From Dudresnaya verticillata (Eukaryota): a stretch of 64,000 nucleotides of DNA. Positions 1 through 12,000 of this stretch are shown in pieces. The number at the start of each line of letters is the position of its first letter. The stretch's first letter is position 1. A program made the position numbers and the translations under genes. The stretch covers positions 1,860,001 to 1,924,000 of the forward strand of contig OZ374561.1 of assembly GCA_977862235.1 (NCBI GenBank), read 5' to 3'. The notes beneath the pieces were generated by a model that saw only the letters and a program-made list of their open reading frames with translations, made no database searches and was not told the origin of the DNA.

Positions 1-3000
1 ATCCAGTTATCCTTTTCGATAGAGAGACGTTTCATGTTTTGCGAACCAGTTTCGTCATCATTCAACAACTCGGCATTAGATTGAGTCTTCTCCTCCAAAA
101 CAAGTTGTTTCCAAGCAGAGAACAGAATCTTCAAGTACGAGGGGCAGTTTGACGCCTCTGCAGAGCTACTTGCCACCTGCTTCCGGGCACATTTCACAGA
201 CCTCTCCTTCATCTCTGCAATCCATACTGACTGATCGAAGCGCCCTTCTAACCACTGACCCACATCCGCACTCAAAAGTTTTGAGTCATGATCGCTCTCG
301 AGCATATTACTGACAATGCGAATGTCGATATCGGCGTCTTGACGTTGGGCATGGGCGTGGCCTTCTTCATCCGATATATGCCCATCAAATGCAGTGCCAA
401 TGCTAGACGGGGCCCTGGAGCCAGACATGAAATCAGATCCACCTCGAGAAGTCATTTGCCGCCTTTCTTCAGGACGGGTCGGCTCCCTCGATCCGACGGA
501 AGAGGGCGCGTCGACAGAAGTTCCAAGATTCGTTCCATTAAACACGCTATGTGCCAGCAGCAAGGTCATCGGGTCATCTGCAGCTTCAGCTCTCGCAATG
601 CGGTCAGCCATTGCATCGGCTGAATCACCAATTGGACCTTCCGTATCCCGTACTGAGTGTGATAGTGTTGCTTGTACGGAATGATCTATCTCGTCGTTCT
701 CGGTTTCGCTGTTTTCCGAGGCCTGCAGAGGCTGAGCTTCGTGACTTGTTATATCCGTAGCGCTCTCATACCCTTCGATTCCAGAAGAGTTCTCTAGGAC
801 GGTGAGCTCAGACTCTGCTCGCATTAGCCGTAGTGCTACTCGAAGACATGGTAGAATGACACTCTCTGCAACGGAGGAACATGTCAAAGCCCGACTAGAG
901 GATTTAAAGAGAAGTCTTATGACCAATCTGAGGCGTTCTTCCCAGCAGTTGTCATCTATTGTTGCAGTAGTTTCAAGAATGGCCATTTCAAAACGAGCAA
1001 CAGAGTGAGCATCAATCGTTTCGAACGATTCGATGCAGAATTCTATCTTGCGAGCAAGTTCTTTGCACACGAGTTGAGTGGCGTGCAGGTTGTCGTTGAC
1101 CAAGTGACTGATTAGGTCTCGAATATTTCCTCGTACATCCGACTTTTCACACAACGAACAAACAAGCATCATAGTTCTCGCAAGGTCCGAAGTGTGCAGT
1201 GAGGATGCGGCGGCGCTATCCCTGCTAACAATTGTCTGAACCAACCGGACACATTTTGAAATGAAGGACTGAGTACATCCATAGCAGCATGACGTTGTGA
1301 GTCCTGATGAATAGGGGTTAGCTTCTGCCTGCAGCGCAGGCGACTCATTATTGAGCTCTTGCGTGCTGGTTTCCACGGCGATGTCGTTCGCATACTGCAG
1401 GCGGCTCCCGCCGACAGCATTTGCATACCGAACAAGCTCTGCTCTTGTTAAGGTAAGTACCCGGATTCCCCTGCTCATCGTTGTGTATATCGAGCGGCAG
1501 TCCTTTGAGTAGGTGGCCGATAATGAGACAGCCGTTTTGCTGACGATCCCATTCTCTGCCTGAGAAATACGTGATTGAGCCCCTCTGTTTAAAGGCGATG
1601 CCACACTCGATGTCGTTGGATTGTTCTGCCCTCGTTCACTGGGATCCGCAGATCCGCTACTCTCTGCGATGACCTCCTCAGTAATGCTGATCCCACCTTG
1701 CGTTGAATTTGCAGCTTCTTCGATTTCGTGGGATGTTTGGCCTTCAAGCAATGCCTCGAGGACAGCTATATCCGTCCGTGGTGCAACTGAATCTAGCAAA
1801 TCAGCAAGACCGATCCTCGCATTGCCAAGTATTCTGCCTCTCTCCTTCGTTTCCTCTGTAGGAATACCGGAATTAAGTGAACGAATGATTGAAGAACGCA
1901 TTCGGGTTAGCTGGTCCATACAACGGTGGACGTTGCTTGTTTCCTTCTCAATCGTTCTTGATGCCCGCTTGCGGTCGTCCTCATTCGTGATACGCTCTGC
2001 TACGAACGTTGGCCTACTCATCACGGAAAATTCAAACCTTCCATGCTTGCAATAGCCACACTCGTTACATAAGAACCCATCCAGGTTCTCGTAGTTTATG
2101 TTTCGACATTGGCGGCATTGGTATGCGTTCTCATGACAGTTGCGGCAAATACCGTGGCGGTCGGTCACCGCGCGAGAGCACCTCGGACACTGAAGATTCT
2201 CATGGGGACCACTTGAACCAGTTGATCGGCGCCCCCCAATTGACATCCCGTCAGCTCCAGCCGTTTCCACCGCCCGGCCTTCTTTGCTTAGGGTTACGAC
2301 ATCAGTCGAGTTATAAAAGTCTACAAACTGGAACTTCACATTGGCAGCTGCGACGGGAACAATTAGGTCGACAGACGATTCGGAGGATGTAGGGCCCAGC
2401 TCTAGCGCCCTGAGCGATCGCCATGGATGGTTCGATCCCTTTAGCTCGGCCGCATCAGACACAGACCTGGAAGAGTAGTACACGGCAATAGTCTTCGCCC
2501 TCCTGCTGCGGCGAGGATCAATAATCTTGACCGAAATAGATGAAACCTCATGAACTGAGATGAGCCGATGCATAATGGAGTTGTCTGTATATTTCGTTTC
2601 TGCTCGAATCGTATCCAGCCGACAATCCTTACTTTCCGAAGACTCACAGATTGCAGCAGAGCAAGACATGCAAGGATCAGATTCGAGATAGTACCCATTC
2701 ATCTCAAGTACTGTTGAGAGGCGCCCATACAGGCGAGCATTCGGATGAGAAATAAGCTGGGTGCACCTGTTGTTAAGAAGTGTAGAGATGGCAATGGTCA
2801 ATCTGGTAAGCAACGACTCGCTCTGAAGACCAAATAGATCACCTTGACAACAACGTATGAAGAAACGCAAGCAGCTCATGAGCCCATCTGCGAGATCCCC
2901 AGCGTATGGCATCAGTTCCACCCCTTTCAACAAGGCACTTTGAATAGCGATAACAAAAGCTTCATTGTCAGCCAGGCCAGCTGCTCTCGCGATACCCAGG

Positions 3001-6000
3001 ATCAGAAGCTGAGAAGCGGCATTTCGAGCTGCTTTGCTCTGAGATTTCAGCATAACTTGATGCACCAGAACATGTAGTATGTTAAACCCTTGCGCCTCAA
3101 AAATGGACAACGGCACCTGGGGACTCTTTTGCCCTGACTGGATGAGCTCTGTCACAGATGCTGGTCCCTTAAACTTCTCCCGGCGTGATACGTCCTTACG
3201 GCGCCCTTGCACCTCCGCTGCGCCCTGAAGTTGGAGACTACCAATCTCATTCATATCCACCATTGCATGACCCCTGATGATTCTTGAGGCAATATCTGCA
3301 GATACCGCAAGTCCAGATGCCAATAGTTGCAATGAATTGATCTGAACCTGACCTTCGAAGTGCTCCGCAACTAACAGAAGCTGCAACAGCAGCTCCTCAT
3401 GATCCATAACAAAGCTGCGCCATGTTGTAGGGTGGCGTTCCGCCGCCTTGTGCAGGTTGCCAACTATGGAGGCCACTTCTATAGTTGTGTCGTACTCAAC
3501 AATCACGTTCCCGCCGCCTATATTATCGGAGAGAGCGTGTTTCAGTCGCGCACTTTCTTCTTCGTACTTGTATTTATCCAAGATATTGTTCAGTGTGTTC
3601 CGGTCGTCAAACTCCAAGGCCGATACGACTCTTGTCGCCGCAGCTGCGGCTTCCTTCAATAAAGACTTGTCGTGAATGTACGAAGACCCTGCTTCACAAA
3701 AATTAATCACGTCGCATAGCACACTTCGAGAAAGAGCCTGCATTTGCACAGTTATTGCAGCGCTTGAAGCGGCCCTAAAAGCATACTCCAGGATATCCAG
3801 TGTTGCTATGAGAAGGTTCAGAAGCAAACTATCTCCAACACCCAACTCATCACTCAGGTGACAAAGTCGTCCATTTTGTCCTTCGCTCCTAATACATTTT
3901 GTCCTGTGGGGTAAGACATCGTACGAAAACCCTGGAATGACGTGATTCCACGCAGACCAAGACATGAAACCATTTCCGGACGGTTGGCTTCTTCGGAAGG
4001 CCTGCCCGGAGCTCAGGGCTCGAAACATGAGTTGAAGCCTGCGATGCATATTCTTCAGTAATCCAAACAACACGGCTGGGATGCCATTCTCATGAAGGAA
4101 GACAGGTGCAACGCTGCCTTTCGCATGCTGCAGAATTCTGAGCATCAGATACAGGCCGTCTGAGTTGTGCGGTAAACCCTGCGAACGGGGATAATCGGCA
4201 GTGGCATTTGCAAGATCGTTACCCAATTGCACACTAGCTTGAGTCAGAACAGCTGTGAACGAAGAGCTAAATAGTGCTTTCAGACGCGGCAGTCGAAGAT
4301 GGCGTGGGCACTTATGCCCAACTAGTTGGGCAATGACTTCAGCTCCTTCAACGAAGCGCCATGAGCTGCGGCAGTCGCTTTCCCTGAAAAGATCCTTCAG
4401 ATACTCGTCGATGAAGGGCCTAAGGGCTTCCTGTACGACTAAAAGCATCCTCGAAACTTCTGTCTCGGTCTCTTCCGCCATGTCGGGTTCCGGGGAATCA
4501 TCTACTGCGGAACCTCTTAGGAGCAGATGATTCTCGTTGTGCGAGCCTTCAAAAGACTGTACCGGCCGACGCAGACATGAAGTGCAGAGATCAAAATCTT
4601 CACAGTCGTTACAGTGCCACCACTCTTGGTCACAAACCTCTCCACAGCTGTCGCACCTATATGCCCATCTTTGGGTGCTTTCTGAATCCTGCAGCACCTG
4701 TGGAGACCCAGTAGGTACCTCTGCTGGGGGAGCGCTTATTGCTTCCGCACCGTCAAACCTCTTTGCTAGTGCTGTTGCCAGCAAAGTTTCGAACGGTGAT
4801 CCAATAAGCTGAGCAGCACTTTCGGGGGAATCGAACAGATCTATGAGCCTCTGAGAAACGAACAGTCTCAGCTTTTGGTCTATGGAGGAGACCATTTGTA
4901 CAAGAACACGAACGGTGGGCGGTTCCAAATTGAAAGCTCGGCCTGGTCCCTCCATTGCATGGTGAACATTCTGGGCCATTACAATGTCAACGACATTAAT
5001 CGTAGCTCCATGTGACGACTTGTACAACGCCCGCCCGACAGTGCCGAGTCCGACATGACTCCGCAAGAGGACTGAGATTGTCGTGGACTTTGGCATACAT
5101 TCCTGATAGCTCTTAATCCAAGACGATGGATCAAGCTGTACAGAAGAGCATCCAGACATAAGAAGAGACCTGGCCATTCCAGCAACAGCGAATAGACTTC
5201 TTTCTATACTGTCGAGATGACAAAGTATTCCAGTTGTGGGAATGCCTTGTATCAGAGATTCAATACAGTGCTTCACCCCTCTCGCTGGCAGATCTGTCTC
5301 ATTCGGGGGCATATTCATACTTGCCTCCGATTCCGAAACATTGACGAACAGCCTCAAACACGGCTTCAATAAGCTGCGAAGGAATGCTGGATCTCTGGAC
5401 GGTGATCCTTCGAAAACTGCGGACCACAAGTTGTTGATTTCAAGCAGCAATACATCGCTTCCCATCTCCATTGCGAAATTGTTGCTATGGATACACTGCA
5501 AGACTGTCAATAGAGCTGCCTGATCCTGACTGAATTTGTAACCTATTGGTTCATTTCCAGATGTCCGGCCAACACTGCTCAATAATTCAGAGTATCTCTT
5601 CGAACACCTGTGTTCGGGAGCCTCCTTCCTTGCTTTCATCCTTTCGAAATGCTTCGATTTGTCTTTCTCGAATACCAGTTTGCGTTCCGTGAATTCAATG
5701 TTGCTGACGGCATATAGTTCTAATGCATCTACTGCGACAAAACCGTCTCCACCTCCTCGGCTCTCCCCCAGCTTTCTTCTGGGCACCAATTCTATATTCA
5801 CTCTTTGTGGAGACTCAACACTCTCCGGTACTGAGAATGGAATATCCAGCCAACGTTTGACACCGTTTTGTGGCTGCCACTTAACCACTCTTCCAAACAC
5901 CTTCACCTCACTCGGAACTCGGTTTCTAGAACGATCCGTTCCACCAAACTTCAGCCTCGCTCCCACAAGCACAACGGATCTGTTCTCCACACTTGCGATA

Positions 6001-9000
6001 AACTTGAAGGGCTCGTTCTCCTTCAGACTGACAACACAGTCACCCCCTCCTCCAGCCAACGTCACCGTCATGCGATCAAGACTGCTCTCTGAGCTATCTT
6101 CCTCGCCTAGCCGCTCAATCGAAATCTGGTCTGCGACCAAGCGACACTTCTCAAAGAAACCCACAGAAGCTGGAACAGCGTTATACCCGAGGTGAGGATC
6201 ACTGTTCAGATTAGATGCTTTCACAGAGCGAAGACGTTGCCGCTCCACTATGCCGGCAAGCACGGATTCCTCCGTCGTTTGGGCACGGGCCTGCTCGTCA
6301 ATCCAGTCTGCACGGTGCAAACTGCCGTCATCCAGTATGAGAAAACCACCATCGCATGCAGGATTTCCTATTGATGGAGAGGCTGCATATGTTGTTAGAC
6401 CAAGTACAGATGCTGACGGGCTGCCGCTGAAATAATGTACCCGAGCTGTCCTGTTCGCGGTTATCTTCAGCACTCCAGCAGCTTTCAGTGTTTCGCCCCG
6501 GCGACCAAACATGAAACTGGCTTCTTTTCCAGGTACTGGGAGCAAAGCCATGCCAGCTCCAACACTCACAGCCTCTCTGAAAAGATGCGCCCACAGGACG
6601 GTCGCAGCAACATCTTTTCCGACACCATGAATTGAGACAGACGCACATAGCAACGCCCCGTCCTCAAAAGAAACAGCTACAAGTGAATCTGCGGGGTGAT
6701 AACACATTCCAGTAACAGCAATATTCTTGCTTTCGCTTTGAGGATCTTGTCTCACGTCGAAAAGAAACGTAAACTGTGGAGCCTCTTCACCTTGCTCGCG
6801 ACTTACGGAGACGAACAGGTCTTGCTCTGATGAGACTAGGAGAATTAGAGTTGCCAGGGTCCCACTTCCGTCGAGAAGTATCGGTGCTGCAGTTGCGCCT
6901 TGGATAGTTGTCTTCTTCGCTCTTTCAGACCGTAGGGTGCTCGTAGAGTTGTCCCTTGAAACACTACCAGGTGGCTTAGATGGAACCGTTGAATAGAAGC
7001 GGGGGCAAAATGTATCCTTCGAGGCATCAAACAACTTCACAAACTTAGGCGTTGTAACGAGAACCAGAGCAGGACCACCTTCAATCCACTTCGCTTCGGC
7101 AAGTACATTATGCCCTTCGAAGCCATCAAATTCTGACAAGCCAAGTTCAATATTATACTGCTTCCAGCGGTAGCTCCCATTCTCCTGCGTTCTGCAGAGA
7201 ATAGTCAGCTTTTCTGTTCCCGACACGAGTAGCAAGTTTGCATTTTCATGATGAAACTGGACACCAACAACATCAAACGGAACAGTCGCTCGAGGGTAGT
7301 CTGAGACTGCGTTCTTGTCCACAGTACCCACTCCACAAATCGCTATTTCTGAGCCGTCAATAAACTCTATATACCCAGCCCTATGGCCAACTGCCAACAT
7401 ATTCCCCACAGACGAGTATGAGATTGGTGACTTGTGTGATGATAGTGACTTCTCTACCGGTGAGATGCCACTCGTGTCCACGGATCCAGCTTTCAGCATT
7501 CTTGTCCACTGGGCAAGTCGTACCGTATGAGACGTCTGCACAAAATTCGGGTCGGTTCTGATCGCTTCCAGTTGAGTCGGCAGTGCTTCTGAAGATGGCA
7601 ACCGTCTGACGAGGCGGTTCGATTTTTGAGCACCGTCCAGGGCCCTCACCAGATATAGAGCGCTTTGGACAAGGGACTTGATTGCCTCCCCACTCCGCAC
7701 TGTGTTCTCGAAAACCTGTCGCACACAGACCTTTCGTCCTTCTTCTTCACTTGGTGGCTCTATTATCGCCTTAAGTTCTGTAACAAGCAACTCGCGCAAG
7801 TTCGTCGCAGATAGTAGGTCATCGCTTGAACTCGGCTTGCCAGCAACGGTTTGGTCAATTCCCTGGGATTTCGACACGCGCTCCTTCCGATGTGGTGACT
7901 TAAGACACCTGCAGGTCTTCCTCTTTCGTGTTTGAATTGAGCTTTGAGCTTGCGAGTGGCTGTCGTGCGAAACTCCATTCCCTCCATCGCCATCCTCAGA
8001 AGCGGACATCTGATTTGAAGTATTCTCTTGGTATGGATCTGATCCTGCACCGCAATCACAAAAGAATCTGCTGAACTTGCTGTACGCAAGCTCACATCCT
8101 TTGTGGCAAATGCGGGCACATACCGAACATACCCCCTCTGATCCAGCAAGCCCACAAGAGTAGCAGAAGTACCAATGTTGCTCCACAAATTGGCTCCCGG
8201 TAGTAGTATATGTACATAATGATGATTTAGGTGCTTCCTCAGAGCGCCCGCTTTCTTGCGTATCACTCTCAGATACGGTTTCTCCTCTTCCTTCTGCAAC
8301 CGTTTCTGCTTTTTCATCGCTTTGGAGAACTCCTGAGGAATCGCCGCCTTCCCTGTTACCTACTCTTCCAACACCCCCAGAGAAGATCGGCGTCCTATCA
8401 CCAAGTATACCGGCTAGATAGCAATCTAGCAAGCCGCACAATAATAATACAATCTGTCTCAATGAAAAATCAGGGTTCCTTCCTTGCAAGATCTTCGTCA
8501 TTCTCTCCAGAGATTCCACTACGCGATTAAAGAGCACGGGCTCAAGCAAAGGCGGTGAGAATGGCAGGGGGCTCTTCCTTGAACTCCTCCCGTACAAGAC
8601 TGACAATCGCACGGCAAAGTTAAGAAGCCTTACCCTCCCTTCAATGCTAACGTCAGCTTCCTCTCCAAAGACATGGCATGCAGCTTCAAAAGCCTCTCGT
8701 ATAGCCCTCGGGGCCAGGTCGTTCTCACTCTCCCCCACAACACGTTCGAATAGTGCCACGACGCTTTCATTCATAGTAGCAGACTGCATCACAGAGCGTC
8801 GTACCATTCTAACTGTCAAATGATCAAACCCTTCGCATCCTATCCAACCTTGAAGAATAGCATCGGTCCATAGCGGAGAGATCTCGCATGCATCAGTCAG
8901 CAGGGACACAGATTGGGCATGAGCAGAGACAGCAACTGCTGAGTCGTCTTGCGGGACAAGCAAGATAGTCAGTACGTCTGAGAATGATGCACGCGGCAGT

Positions 9001-12000
9001 GAAGAGTTCAGCCACAGGGACAAGTCTTTGCCGAACTTGTTCGGAGTTTCCTCGGACAGCAACGACACTCTCACAGCCGTCATGTCTTCTTGTTGCGCTT
9101 TAGCCATGTCATGTGTAAGTCGACAAAGGAGGTGCATGCCGGTGACACTGGAACCTAGCTGGAGGACCTTCGAAAAACCGGTTACTCGCGCGACAAAGAC
9201 TACAATTTCTTCCAAACTGACCGCATCCTCTCCAGGCTGGAACAGGAGCTCCAGGAATCGTTTCAGAAACTCACTTACGGCTGCCGCTAGGCTACCGAAA
9301 CTCTCAGGAAGGAAGAGATAAATGGTTGCCACCTCTAAAATCAGGGTCTTCGAGTTGTCCAGTTGCTCATGAGTTAGACAACTAAGTACTTGCGTGGCGG
9401 ATGAAAGCACGGAAGCCAGTAGATTTGGCACTTGCCCAGATCCAATCGCACGCATGTACGTCATAGCTAGTTGCAAGCACGCAAAACATGCTCCCCGCTT
9501 CGAGATTTCCGCACCAACCGGAGGCCTTTCTGCGCAAGTTGAGGCCCTATAACTGGTGCTTATGTCTGTCCCTGCAGTGAATGACTTAAAAAATCCCCGG
9601 AAGTTGCCAGCAACATCTTCGAAAACAAGGTCCGAAGCAACTTCGATAGTATTTTGCACTATTGCAGTGAATAGCCGTTGCAGGTCATTTCCAGAAAACG
9701 CCCTCTTGTGATCAACCCAACGTTGTCTTTGCGGATGTACCATCGCCATGCAGTCTGACATATACAGAACGGTTAGTGAAGCTCGTTTTCTTTTCCCAAT
9801 TACTGCCATCACGCGGGAGTTCAAATCTTCAGATTCCATAGCCTGCATGCAAACGAACGGACTTGACTTCGCAGGGTCTCTTGCGGCTTGAGTAGAAGCA
9901 GCGAAACCATCGAACTTAAAACGAGACAAGCTTTCTACGAGACACAAACATTCATGCAGCATCAAGCACGACCAATACAAGTGGTAACGTTGTTTCTCAT
10001 CCCGATAACAGTGACTAGCAGAACCACGTATGGCGTTCTGTTTTGAGGGCGGATCACTGGCAAACTTGGCAACGTCTTCGCACGAAGGAACATTTGGCTG
10101 AAAGCAGAACACGTCAATTGCCTGCGATATCGCACTGACTGCCGACACCAGTCGTCCTAGCATAAAAGGACTGCACTTCGTGGTTGACTCCGTAAGTTTC
10201 AATGTTTCCACCTCCGGGAATGAACTTGGTAGCGCCGGATCGGAAATGCCTTCCGCATCTCTGTTGTATAGAGAGAATACCGCTACACGAGCTGCGTCGC
10301 TGTCCTTTGAGACCCCTAGTGTGACCCTTATTGCAAAACTGAGAAGTATCAATATGGACGCCCGATGTAGCAACGACAATTCCTTGGCTTGTTCCTCCCG
10401 ATACTCGAGTACAACCCGTGACAAAATTTCAACAACGTCGATACTGTTTGCGTCTGAAATGAGCGACATAAGCAGGAGCAGCAAGCTCTCAGCGGGTAAG
10501 CTACTCGTGACTTCGACATTCAGGTCGACTAAAGCTTCCGGATCACTGGTCGTCTGAACAAACGCCTGCAACAGCGCCGATACAACGATACTGTCCTTTG
10601 TGCTTCTGAGAATGCTACTCAAGATTGGGTTCATTCGAGAACAGATACCAACAAGACTACTAACAAGGGTCTTCCAGCCCTCGTCTCTCCCTTCTGAACT
10701 TTCATCAATCTCCTGTAAAACAATCGGACCCAATAGTGATCCAAAATCCGTCATGGCAGAACGCAAATCATAGCTTGCAGGGGAATTGGTAAATGAAAAG
10801 AAGCTTGCACTCTTGCAGATATTGGCAGTGAAAGCACACTTCCTGAGATTCGCATACCTTGGGAAGCTCGGAGCTCGAGAAATCCAATGTGCAAGTGTGT
10901 CGAGCGCTAGCGCTCCGACCTCCCTATGCAAGTCTGTCCGTTCCGGATTCTCGACTCCAGCCTCACTGCAAGAGCCGATTGTCGCACCCATCCCGAACCC
11001 ATCCCTTGACCTCTGGTCGAAAACGTCCAGGGTGAATGGCGGACTTTCTGGTCGAGCATGAGGTCCATCGGACGAGGCATCAGACTCGTCTGGTTGACAA
11101 GTCAACGCGCTTTCCGATATTGAGACCACTGAGTCGTCCGCAGACTCGAGGCGGCATTGCCGGCCTGCGGAAGCAAACAAACGAGAAAGTAACCCCATCA
11201 TACCATCGCTTTCCCCTGTCCTCTCGGCATATTCCTCACATGCCTGATAGACCGTCCTTGCAGCAATACGACCCTCATCACCGTCCTCCTCTGCGGCTAC
11301 AACCCTTTCTCCAAGAAAGGACCGTGCCGCTTGTGATATTGCACCAGTGCCAAGAGTAATAGTTGGGGGAACATTAGGGACGGTGTGCACGGCGTGCACA
11401 CCTGAACCTCGTCCTGCCAACTGGACAGGTTGGGTATCGCGAACACTATCAGCTTCAAGAACCACATGCAACGTAGACAGCAAACATACTGCACCCTCAG
11501 CAGCTTTCGAATCTCGTTCACTGGACTCATAGCGTTTGCTGGCCTTGATCATTCCACCAAAGAGTGCCGAGAGAACTGACGTTCTCGGCACAATCGACGT
11601 GCTGCTGCTCATGACTATTCGATTCGCGACGTGGATCCACGTCATGGGCTCTATTTCGAGATGCTCGATTGCGATAGCGCCTAGGTGCATCGCACCAGCA
11701 ACTAGAGCCGTGCGTAACGAGTTCGAGGAAAAGAACGATAGGGCTGGAGTCGTATTAACATCAGCCTGTTGTACATCATAGAGCGACGCTGCGAGCGTGA
11801 GCAGTCTTGTGCTAAGCGCAACTGCAGTTTCGCAGGACTGTTTCGATGCGACAGATTGACGAGATACCACAGCCATGCAATGCGTAGCGACATCGCATAG
11901 CCTTAGAATGGCGTTGACAGCTTTTAGAATGGAAACCTCTTGACGCGGATCTGCCCCTGACTGTGAAAGTCTAAGGGCGGCACGGCGCCTCGCTGCAGTT

